A DNA stretch of 64,000 bases from contig JAEOSK010000001.1 in the NCBI GenBank assembly GCA_016840405.1, positions 64,001 to 128,000 of the forward strand, in the 5' to 3' direction. The translations under genes were made by a program, and so were the position numbers. This DNA is from Candidatus Hermodarchaeum yapensis. Lineage in GTDB: Archaea > Asgardarchaeota > Hermodarchaeia > Hermodarchaeales > Hermodarchaeaceae. Of the stretch, positions 8,738 through 16,456 are shown piece after piece. The notes beneath the pieces were generated by a model that was not told the DNA's origin, did not search any database, and worked only from the letters and a program-made list of their open reading frames with translations. Numbering within the stretch: position 1 is the first letter of the stretch; each line of letters begins with the position of its first letter.

Positions 8738-9757
8738 ATCCCTCGTGGGCTAGTTCTCAGTCATTGGGACACCAAAGAAGGACTCAAGATACTAGCCAAT
8801 TATCCGGCATCCTTAGAAATTGATGCCGAACAACTTTCGATGATGTTTTTCAACTGCGCTCCCGAAGAATCAGAGCATATTTTCAAAGTCTTTCCTTCAA
8901 AGGATGTAACAGAGCGCGCAGCAGTAGCTTGCACCAGAAGTCTGCGTGATGGCATCGAAGATGATATCTTCATTACTGCACTCCTCACCGCCGAGGAAGA
9001 AGGATCTGTGTACGAAGAAATCCTCACCGCTACACTTCAACGGCTCCTAAAATTGAAAGGCGATCCGGTAAAAAAGCAACGCAGGTATCGTCAAATCCTC
9101 TCTGACAGTTATCGAAAAATCGAACGCCGTGGGGGCTCACGCGACCGCTCTCTCTGTCCTTACATGTATGAACGACCCATAAGAGACGATGAGATTACAT
9201 CCTTCTGTCGTGTTGTCAAAAAACAATGCTATCTCACCATCTATGAAATGCCCGGGTATCCCCAATGTCCGCGATATATTCGCCGTCAACGACAAATCCA
9301 ACTTGCCAACGCCCGTCAACTGGTACGTGCAGGTATCCAGCGTATCCTTGAAGACCACGACCAACAACGTCAAGACGCTAAACACCATAAACCAGGTACC
9401 TGGAGCGAACCCATTCATACAATTCTTGATCGCGTTTTTGCTGTCCTCAGTCTGTCAGAAAAAACCGAAGATCTCTCCCATAATATCGTCGAACACGTCG
9501 GGAAAGAAGGGCTTTTTCAGGGGCATCCTCGCCCCATTGTTGCTGCTTCTATCGCCTATTATGCTGCAAAACAGACTGGCGACTCTCTACCCGAAAATGA
9601 TATAATCGAACTCGTCGGATGTTCTCGTACTTCCCTACGCCGAAACTACCGGGAACTTCGAAGCCTTCTCGGCTCTGATATAAAGAAACTCCCCATGCAA
9701 AAACCACGGCGGCGACGTACAAGCACCCAAGATAAAGCGGTTACTCGCGCTGAATAA
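8738..9757 (+). CDS. longin/uDENN-like domain + Cys4 motif + TFIIB cyclin-like domain protein (start extended upstream of the track's 8840)
   Basis: Frame is open upstream of 8840 to TGA 8675 and reads IPRGLVLSHWDTKEGLKILANYP, homologous to MPHGLSVCRWDDKVGLRIVGVYP of 10846. C-terminus GHPRPIVAASIAYYAA..GDSLPENDIIELVGCSRTSLRRNYREL resembles a TFIIB repeat. CPY..FC..QCY..QCPRY lies in the middle. Confidence 0.7.
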   Translation: MPRGLVLSHWDTKEGLKILANYPASLEIDAEQLSMMFFNCAPEESEHIFKVFPSKDVTERAAVACTRSLRDGIEDDIFITALLTAEEEGSVYEEILTATLQRLLKLKGDPVKKQRRYRQILSDSYRKIERRGGSRDRSLCPYMYERPIRDDEITSFCRVVKKQCYLTIYEMPGYPQCPRYIRRQRQIQLANARQLVRAGIQRILEDHDQQRQDAKHHKPGTWSEPIHTILDRVFAVLSLSEKTEDLSHNIVEHVGKEGLFQGHPRPIVAASIAYYAAKQTGDSLPENDIIELVGCSRTSLRRNYRELRSLLGSDIKKLPMQKPRRRRTSTQDKAVTRAE

Positions 9758-9778
9758 ACAACAAGGAGAACACAACAT

Positions 9779-10648
9779 ATGATTCACAATGTCTTCATCA
9801 TGAACCGTGACGGACGTATCGCCTTCCACCGCCAATACTGGTCAGTTGATATTACCACCGAAATCCGCCAAGAATTCATTGCCACCTACAAACACTTCGA
9901 AAAGGACCTGGGTCCCACCGTCGACCTTCCAATCCACGTTAAAAACAATAAATTCCTCTACACCGATCTGGGCACCCACCTTCTCCTTGTCTTCGCGGTC
10001 GATACCAGCGACGAAGATGAAACCATCCGTGAATACCTCAAAAAAACCCGTGAACTTCTCATCACTAAATACAGCCACGAAATCGACTCATACATCCAAA
10101 ACCCCGTTCCCCTTGGCCAAGCCTTTCAAGAATTCGCCAAAGAACTTGACAGCGTTATCGTCACCATGCTCAAAATCTGCCTCCTCGGACAAGGCGGCGT
10201 CGGCAAATCTACCATGCTCAAACTCCTCACCGCTGACAGCATCCCTGGCGAATACTACCCCACGATTGCGGTCGACATCGAAACCCTCCAAGGCGTCCGA
10301 TTTGGTCCCTATGAATTGGCGGTCTGGGATTTTGCAGGTCAAGACCGCTTCCGTTCACTCTGGAACTATTATCTCCGTAATGCCGATGCCGTATTGTTAG
10401 TAACCGATTCGACGTTGAAGAATGTGCTCGAAACCCGCGACATTCTTGAGGTTGTACGGAAAAACGCGCCTTCCTCAATTGTCTGGTCGATTGCAAACAA
10501 ACAGGATCTCCCCGGAGCACTAGCTCCGAAACTGGTTCAACGTATTCTCGGTGTTCAATCCTACGGGCTAGTAGCAATTGATCCCCGGTATCGCGAAGTG
10601 CTTTATAAGATAATTCTCGGGGCTGTAGCTGAAGCGACTACGGACTAG
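9779..10648 (+). CDS. longin domain-small GTPase (Arf/Rab-like) fusion
   Basis: N-terminal MIHNVFIMNRDGRIAFHRQY longin start; G1 GQGGVGKST, G2 YYPT, G3 WDFAGQ, G4 NKQD; SD AAGGAG upstream. Confidence 0.88.
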   Translation: MIHNVFIMNRDGRIAFHRQYWSVDITTEIRQEFIATYKHFEKDLGPTVDLPIHVKNNKFLYTDLGTHLLLVFAVDTSDEDETIREYLKKTRELLITKYSHEIDSYIQNPVPLGQAFQEFAKELDSVIVTMLKICLLGQGGVGKSTMLKLLTADSIPGEYYPTIAVDIETLQGVRFGPYELAVWDFAGQDRFRSLWNYYLRNADAVLLVTDSTLKNVLETRDILEVVRKNAPSSIVWSIANKQDLPGALAPKLVQRILGVQSYGLVAIDPRYREVLYKIILGAVAEATTD

Positions 10649-10845
10649 AACTCACTTATGCCATCGTACAATATGCCTGCTTTGTTGTGAAAAATTGCGG
10701 AAAGCAATACGGTAAACCTTACCTTGTAAGGAGTCGGCAAACAAGTTAAATACGGGAATCTGAATAGTCAAAAAGGAGTGCCAATAGGTCACTTTAAGTA
10801 ATAAAGCTACAGAAACCATTTGAATAAACGGGAGGCTAAGTAAAA

Positions 10846-12444
10846 ATGCCACACGGATTAAGTGTATGTAGATGGGACGATAAAGTAGGTCTCCGCATTG
10901 TGGGAGTGTATCCGCGTAATCTTGGTGTGTCCGAAGATGACATGTTGCGTGTGTTTACGGCGCATGCGATGGGCAAACCGGAAGCGGGTTTTTTGACGAT
11001 GACTCTTGAGGGGACGAATCTGGCGGTGGCCTCGTTTTATACGGGCATTTTGCGGGGTCGGGACCAGTTTTGTATTATGTTGTTTATGGAGCTCGATGAA
11101 GAGCCCCGAAGTTATGAAGAGGGTTTGACATTAGCGTCAAGTGAGATTGTCGAAAATATTGGTGAACCAGAGTTTGTAGAATACATGGGTGAAGTGTTTG
11201 AGAAACTGAAGCGGATGGTGGAACTGTCTGTAGAGCAGCGACTTGCCAAGGTGTTTGTTGATCATGAGACGCGGTTATTGATGCATAAGCTAGCCCGCGG
11301 TGGCATCCCTGCTGAAGAGTTGCGAGAGTGGCTAGAGTTACAGACTGGGAAACACTACCCTGATTTAGGTCTAGTTACCTTACCGTTACTGCGGAGCGGG
11401 TTAGTAGAAGAAGACTGGATTAATGCAGTCTCAGACAACTGTGTTTTCTTGGTGAATGACCTGTTGGGCGCGCGGTTTCCACCCGAGCAAGTGATCAAAC
11501 TGGCCAAGGGTGGCGGATTGAATAAGGAACAGTTACGCGAACTCGAAACCCGAGTGAAGAGCTTCTTTGAAGGGTATCAGTGGACGGAAGAAGACACCAT
11601 CATGATGGGGCAGCTGCTTCTTGACCCAGATATTTACGATGTGACAAAGACGTTGCGTCGGAAAATTACGCATAAATCCGAGTTAGCTGGTGTCGTCGAA
11701 AAAGAAGCCTCCCTTGATAATGTGCTTCGGCGATTAGAACAGGCACAAGTGATTACAAAATTTGGAGCGAATGCCATCGAGGTAGCAGCTAAAGATGATC
11801 CGCTGATTGTATTAATGGCGGATGTACACTTCGAATCTTTCTTCCCAGAGTTCTTGGTTTTACGAATTCAAGAGCGACTCGAGGCAAAGGATATTCATCC
11901 GGATATCGCAAAACGGCATCTTGAGTTACTCAGTGAAACGTACATGCGTATGCGTGAGAAGATGAAGGAACGCAAGAAGCGGAAAGAGGAAGAAGAGAAA
12001 GCCGAGGAAGAACTCCCTGAAATGGAAGGGGAAATGGTACCTCCTCCTGAACCAGCAGAAATTGAAACTCCTGAGGTCCTCGAATCGGCGCCCGCTGACG
12101 AAGAAGAAGCTAAGCGAATTAAAAAAGAAGAAGAGATAGCGCGAAAAGAGGAACAGAAGCGGCTCAAAGAAGAGGAAAAGCGTCTAAAGGCTGAAGAGAA
12201 ACAGAAGAAGAAAGACGAAGAAAAGGCGCAGAAAGAGGAAGAGAAGAAGCGTAAGGAAGAGGAGAAGCAGAAGAAGAAGGAAGAGGAACAGAAGCGTAAG
12301 GAAGAGGAGAAGCGCCTGAAGGAAGAGGAGAAGCAGAAGAAGAAGGAAGAGGAACAGAAGCGTAAGGAAGAGGAAAAGAAACGCAAAGAAGAAGAGAAGC
12401 AAAAGAAGAAGGAAGAGAAGAAAAAAGAGAAGGAATCCTCTTAG
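10846..12444 (+). CDS. longin/uDENN-like domain protein with probable winged-helix middle region and E/K-rich single-alpha-helix tail
   Basis: N-terminal GL...WDDKVG....YP longin-like motif; helical middle; C-terminal ~105 aa of E/K/R repeats; SD GGAGG. Confidence 0.75.
   Translation: MPHGLSVCRWDDKVGLRIVGVYPRNLGVSEDDMLRVFTAHAMGKPEAGFLTMTLEGTNLAVASFYTGILRGRDQFCIMLFMELDEEPRSYEEGLTLASSEIVENIGEPEFVEYMGEVFEKLKRMVELSVEQRLAKVFVDHETRLLMHKLARGGIPAEELREWLELQTGKHYPDLGLVTLPLLRSGLVEEDWINAVSDNCVFLVNDLLGARFPPEQVIKLAKGGGLNKEQLRELETRVKSFFEGYQWTEEDTIMMGQLLLDPDIYDVTKTLRRKITHKSELAGVVEKEASLDNVLRRLEQAQVITKFGANAIEVAAKDDPLIVLMADVHFESFFPEFLVLRIQERLEAKDIHPDIAKRHLELLSETYMRMREKMKERKKRKEEEEKAEEELPEMEGEMVPPPEPAEIETPEVLESAPADEEEAKRIKKEEEIARKEEQKRLKEEEKRLKAEEKQKKKDEEKAQKEEEKKRKEEEKQKKKEEEQKRKEEEKRLKEEEKQKKKEEEQKRKEEEKKRKEEEKQKKKEEKKKEKESS
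12253..12374 (+). repeat. 56-bp perfect direct repeat (66-bp period) inside the E/K-rich coding tail
   Basis: 12253-12308 equals 12319-12374. Confidence 0.85.
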
Positions 12445-12463
12445 GCTCTCAATTCATAGCTCT

Positions 12464-13129
12464 TCAATCTTTGAATGTCTGTTGACGGTGTGCAGCACTG
12501 ATACTACGTGCTGTTTCCCACGTTTTTCGTACAATATCAGGAAACGTGTTATGTGTTCTAATCCAATCACGTAGGAATTTTCTGGTTTTGGGATCATTTG
12601 GGTATCCACTACCGAAGTCTCCATAGTTTCGATGAAGTTCGCGAATTCGCATGTCGCGGCGAACTTTGGCTAAAACGGAGGCGGCAGCAACAACTGGGTA
12701 GGCAGAATCGGCTTTGTGTTCACTCACAACTTTGTTCTTTGCTTTTAATTGTGCAGAAATTAGTCGTCCGTAACGTTCTGCATTGACATCGGAGGCATCG
12801 ACATATGCAATATCCCAGTTCAGCTGGTTCAGAACTTGAGCCATCCATTGGGCTTCTAAAATGTTGAGACTGCGCCGTTGTTCCCGTTGGGTATCAATTT
12901 CTTTTGCACTGATTTCAAGGATTTCGACTTGACTTGCTAGTTGTTGAATTCTTTGTTCGAGGGTTTCTCGCCGTCGGGGCGTTAATTGTTTGGAATCTCT
13001 AACTCCCCACTCAATGAGTGCGTCTTCCTGTGAAGGTTCTATTACAATGCCTGCGATGACGAGTGGACCTATGACGGGTCCTCGACCTGCTTCATCAATC
13101 CCTGCAATTCGTTGCGTCAATCCCAACAC
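12464..13129 (-). CDS. rnhB: ribonuclease HII
   Basis: IAGIDEAGRGPVIGPLV, DSKQL, KAD..YPVVAAASVLAKV.RD, GSGYPNDP. Confidence 0.97.
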   Translation of the reverse strand: MLGLTQRIAGIDEAGRGPVIGPLVIAGIVIEPSQEDALIEWGVRDSKQLTPRRRETLEQRIQQLASQVEILEISAKEIDTQREQRRSLNILEAQWMAQVLNQLNWDIAYVDASDVNAERYGRLISAQLKAKNKVVSEHKADSAYPVVAAASVLAKVRRDMRIRELHRNYGDFGSGYPNDPKTRKFLRDWIRTHNTFPDIVRKTWETARSISAAHRQQTFKD

Positions 13130-13215
13130 CTGCTTGCTTGTTTCAGTTGTTCCGAAACCATTAACAGCGGTTCAGACTTATTAGTTCCTACTTAATTTGC
13201 TTGCGTGGGGCTTCC

Positions 13216-13500
13216 ATGTCTGAATGTAAATATCCTGAAATATGGCTAAGTATCCTCGACGGGAAATTCCGTGTTTCATCACGGCTACCTCCACCCGCCC
13301 AAGTGCCAGAAGATTTCCGTTGTGTCACACCAGAGGGTGAAATTACGCCTATCTGTGTATCTCCTTTGTACACTACGATTCACGATGCTAAGGGTCGTGC
13401 GGCAACGCTCCAAGCAGACCTCCAACAACAGGGCTGCCGAGTGATCTTTTACTTTGAACTTCGTCCGGCAGTTGTTGGCGACCTTCACCACGATCTATAG
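13216..13500 (+). CDS. small hypothetical protein
   Basis: ORF from ATG 13216 fills the gap divergent from rnhB; overlaps the 3' end of the DedA gene. Confidence 0.45.
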   Translation: MSECKYPEIWLSILDGKFRVSSRLPPPAQVPEDFRCVTPEGEITPICVSPLYTTIHDAKGRAATLQADLQQQGCRVIFYFELRPAVVGDLHHDL

Positions 13501-14233
13501 CTTCTGGATTCGATTCTGCCTTATCTTCTGCTACCGCTGCTTTTGCCCTCCTAGCACGACGGCGGATGATAATGCGGTAAAGAATGAAAACCACTAAGAA
13601 GACGATTAAAAGGACAAGGATTAGGGTTTCGAAAAGATCTATCATCTCTGCTAAATTTTGCCATCCTACCCCAATTACCCATCCTAAAAGACCAAGAATC
13701 AGATATCGAGGAAGCGCACCCAAGAAGGTGAAAAACGCAAACCGTTTTGCATCCGCCCGCAGAGCTCCATAGAGCACTGAGACAACGGAAAGCGGGATAA
13801 TGGGGACAGCTCGGGCCGTGAATAAGTAGATTTCATCACGGGAAGAAGCCTCCATGTTTTTGCGCATATACTCAATTTCTTCAATAGAAGTTCCTAGATA
13901 TTTACCATACCGTTCGATGATTGGATAACCACCGAAGTAGGCAATGCCATAACCGAAAAATGATCCGATGGTTGCCGCAAGAGCCCCAACTAGCATCACA
14001 CTAAACAGGATTACAAAGATGGACTCCAGAGGCGTTAACTCAAAGGTTAGGATGAATCCCGCTGCCATCGGAACAAGTGGCGATGGAATGGGAGCAATGA
14101 ATGTTTCAATCATAACACCAAAGAACACGCCTACTGGGCCCAATGCAGTGACCCATGAAATAAGAATCCAAATGATACTTTCTACCCACACATCAAACGC
14201 ATGTAACCAGGCGATAATTACGTCAATAATCAA
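13388..14233 (-). CDS. DedA/VTT-domain membrane protein
   Basis: ETFIAPIPSPLVPMAAGF, GATIGS..GYGIAYFGG, ARAVPIIP, F.FFTFLG motifs. Confidence 0.9.
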   Translation of the reverse strand: MIIDVIIAWLHAFDVWVESIIWILISWVTALGPVGVFFGVMIETFIAPIPSPLVPMAAGFILTFELTPLESIFVILFSVMLVGALAATIGSFFGYGIAYFGGYPIIERYGKYLGTSIEEIEYMRKNMEASSRDEIYLFTARAVPIIPLSVVSVLYGALRADAKRFAFFTFLGALPRYLILGLLGWVIGVGWQNLAEMIDLFETLILVLLIVFLVVFILYRIIIRRRARRAKAAVAEDKAESNPEAIDRGEGRQQLPDEVQSKRSLGSPVVGGLLGALPHDP

Positions 14234-14276
14234 TCTTAGCTCTCCTTAGATACGAGCGCTGGGTATTGTTTGGTTT

Positions 14277-14633
14277 TTATTCACCAGGATGCTTACTCAT
14301 TATGTCTTCCCGAGACAGAAACTCGGGATCATCGACGATGGCAATACTACCATAGCGTCCCGCGGAAAGTTCCATCTCGCCACGAAACGTTTTGATAAAA
14401 CCATTTTCAACCTCGACGATTACACCTTCATCAACTTTGTCGATGTCATCATTCCACAGGGACAATTTGATTGTACCTGTTTCATCTCCCGCTTGGGCCG
14501 TGGTAACACGTGCCTTTCCATATCGTGTTTGCACATCTCGAACCGGCTCTAATGTCAAGATACGTAAACGAATGTCAACACGACGCGATGCAGACGTTAG
14601 TTCATGAACTTTCATTTTCTGAAAAACCTTCAT
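14277..14633 (-). CDS. single-stranded DNA-binding protein (single OB fold, RPA/SSB type)
   Basis: VGDETG-type motif AGDETGTIKLSLWND, VEVENGFIKTFRGEMELSAGRYG. Confidence 0.88.
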   Translation of the reverse strand: MKVFQKMKVHELTSASRRVDIRLRILTLEPVRDVQTRYGKARVTTAQAGDETGTIKLSLWNDDIDKVDEGVIVEVENGFIKTFRGEMELSAGRYGSIAIVDDPEFLSREDIMSKHPGE

Positions 14634-14697
14634 AACAGGAATTTACCAAGGATGTACTAATGCACACTTTTAAAAATTGTAGGGTAACAGGTTTTTC

Positions 14698-16440
14698 GTG
14701 AGACGAAGTGAATTTTGCATGCCTTCACCCACGCCGTTTAACAAACTTGCTGAAGTGTCTGAAAAAATCTTGGCGACTACAAAACGCCTGGAAAAAATGG
14801 ATGCTGCAGGTTCCTTCCTCTCAAACGCTCATCCTGATGAGATAGAAGCCGCTTCGCTTCTTCTGATTGGCCGTCCATTTCCACGGACTAGTCAACGGAC
14901 ATTAGACCTTGATTGGTCAGCGCTATACAAGGTTCTTCAAGAGTTACTGCAACCGTCTTCCGAATTAATCAGTGAGTTGTTTGCACAGTCAGGTGACATT
15001 GGTGAGGTGGTTCACCAATTGTTCCTGCGTTCAGGGAAAATTCGACAAACAACACTTTTCACTGTGCCTTTATACGTTCAAGAGGTATATTCCATATTCA
15101 CAGAAATCGCTGATGTTCAGGGTCCAGGGTCACGAAAACGAAAAACAGCACTTCTACGGTCACTATTCACTCGCGCCACACCACTTGAAGCAAAGTATCT
15201 AGCCAAAATTTTGGTGGGTGACCAACGGATTGGGTTTAGTGAAGGGATGCTTGAAAGCACAATTGCGCGAAAGTTAGACCTCTCTCTCGATTTGGTCCGT
15301 CGGGCGAACATGCTGAGAGGTAACATTGGTGAGGTTGCACAAATTGCATTCACCGAGGGTGTTGAAGGTCTTGAAAAGGTCGAATTACGCCCCTTTACTC
15401 CGCTCCTACCCATGCTTGCTTCTCAAGCTGAAAATGCTGAGAATGCCCTTCAAACACATGATGGAACATCTGCGTTTGAAACGAAAATTGATGGGGCTCG
15501 AGTTCAAATTCACATGCAACATCAAAATGACACACACCAGATACGGATTTACAGCAAACGACTCACTGAAGTCACACCCAGCTTCCCTGATCTCGTTGAG
15601 CTTGTTGAACGAGAAGTGAAAACACAAAGCTGTATTCTTGAAGGTGAAGTTCTAGCGATGGATGCACAAGGACGACCTTATCCCTTTCAACACTTAATGC
15701 GACGATTCCGACGTGTACGTAATGTCGAAGAAATGATGGCTGAATTACCTGTAACCCTGTTTCTCTTCGATTTATTGATGATAGATGGTAAAGTGCTCAT
15801 TGATACACTCTACACCAGTCGACGCGAAAAACTAGACAAAGTACGGGGGACAATACCCTTAGTCGATCAATTGGTGTCCTCTAAAGTGGATGAAGTATCG
15901 GCTTTCTTTGACAAGGCCATTGAAGCTGGGCACGAGGGACTCGTAGCGAAAAGGCTCGACAGCACCTATCAGCCCGGTATCCGAGGTAAAGCTTGGCTGA
16001 AAATTAAACGGAGTATGGAAACCTTAGATTTAGTAATTATTGCTGCCGAGTGGGGAACCGGTCGGAGACATAAATGGCTCAGCGATTACCACCTAGCGGC
16101 TCAAGATCCAGAAACAGGCGAATATCATATGTTGGGAAAAACGTTCAAAGGTCTAACTGATGCTGAATTTGCAGAGATCACCCAACGGCTTTTAGAGCTG
16201 AAAATTGAACAAACGCGAGGAACCGTTAGGGTTCAACCACGAATTGTCGTTGAAGTCGAATATGATGAGATTCAACGAAGCCCAACGTATCAATCCGGTA
16301 TGGCCCTTCGGTTCGCACGAATCAAACGCCTTCGCTACGATAAAGGTCCAGAGGACGCAGATACCATACACCGGGTTCAAGCATTATATGACTCCCAGTT
16401 CTCTAGGAAAGCCTCATCAGATCTCGTAGGCCGAAGCTAA
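14698..16440 (+). CDS. lig: ATP-dependent DNA ligase
   Basis: ETKIDGARVQIH (KxDG), EGE, FDLL, EGLVAK, WLKIK, LDLVII.AEWG.GRR, LRFARI..LR.DK. Confidence 0.97.
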   Translation: MRRSEFCMPSPTPFNKLAEVSEKILATTKRLEKMDAAGSFLSNAHPDEIEAASLLLIGRPFPRTSQRTLDLDWSALYKVLQELLQPSSELISELFAQSGDIGEVVHQLFLRSGKIRQTTLFTVPLYVQEVYSIFTEIADVQGPGSRKRKTALLRSLFTRATPLEAKYLAKILVGDQRIGFSEGMLESTIARKLDLSLDLVRRANMLRGNIGEVAQIAFTEGVEGLEKVELRPFTPLLPMLASQAENAENALQTHDGTSAFETKIDGARVQIHMQHQNDTHQIRIYSKRLTEVTPSFPDLVELVEREVKTQSCILEGEVLAMDAQGRPYPFQHLMRRFRRVRNVEEMMAELPVTLFLFDLLMIDGKVLIDTLYTSRREKLDKVRGTIPLVDQLVSSKVDEVSAFFDKAIEAGHEGLVAKRLDSTYQPGIRGKAWLKIKRSMETLDLVIIAAEWGTGRRHKWLSDYHLAAQDPETGEYHMLGKTFKGLTDAEFAEITQRLLELKIEQTRGTVRVQPRIVVEVEYDEIQRSPTYQSGMALRFARIKRLRYDKGPEDADTIHRVQALYDSQFSRKASSDLVGRS

Positions 16441-16456
16441 ATTCCTCGATGATGAT

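Noticed and set aside
9807-10400. 197-aa alternative-frame ORF over the longin-GTPase gene
   Set aside because: The P/S/T-rich product is a by-product of the local C-rich skew, which depletes stop codons.
10649-10845. Canonical replication origin
   Set aside because: No cdc6/orc1 gene or recognisable ORB repeats; only the skew observation is retained.
11895-12402. Antisense ORFs rich in F/S/L
   Set aside because: Shadow frames of the purine-rich E/K repeat.
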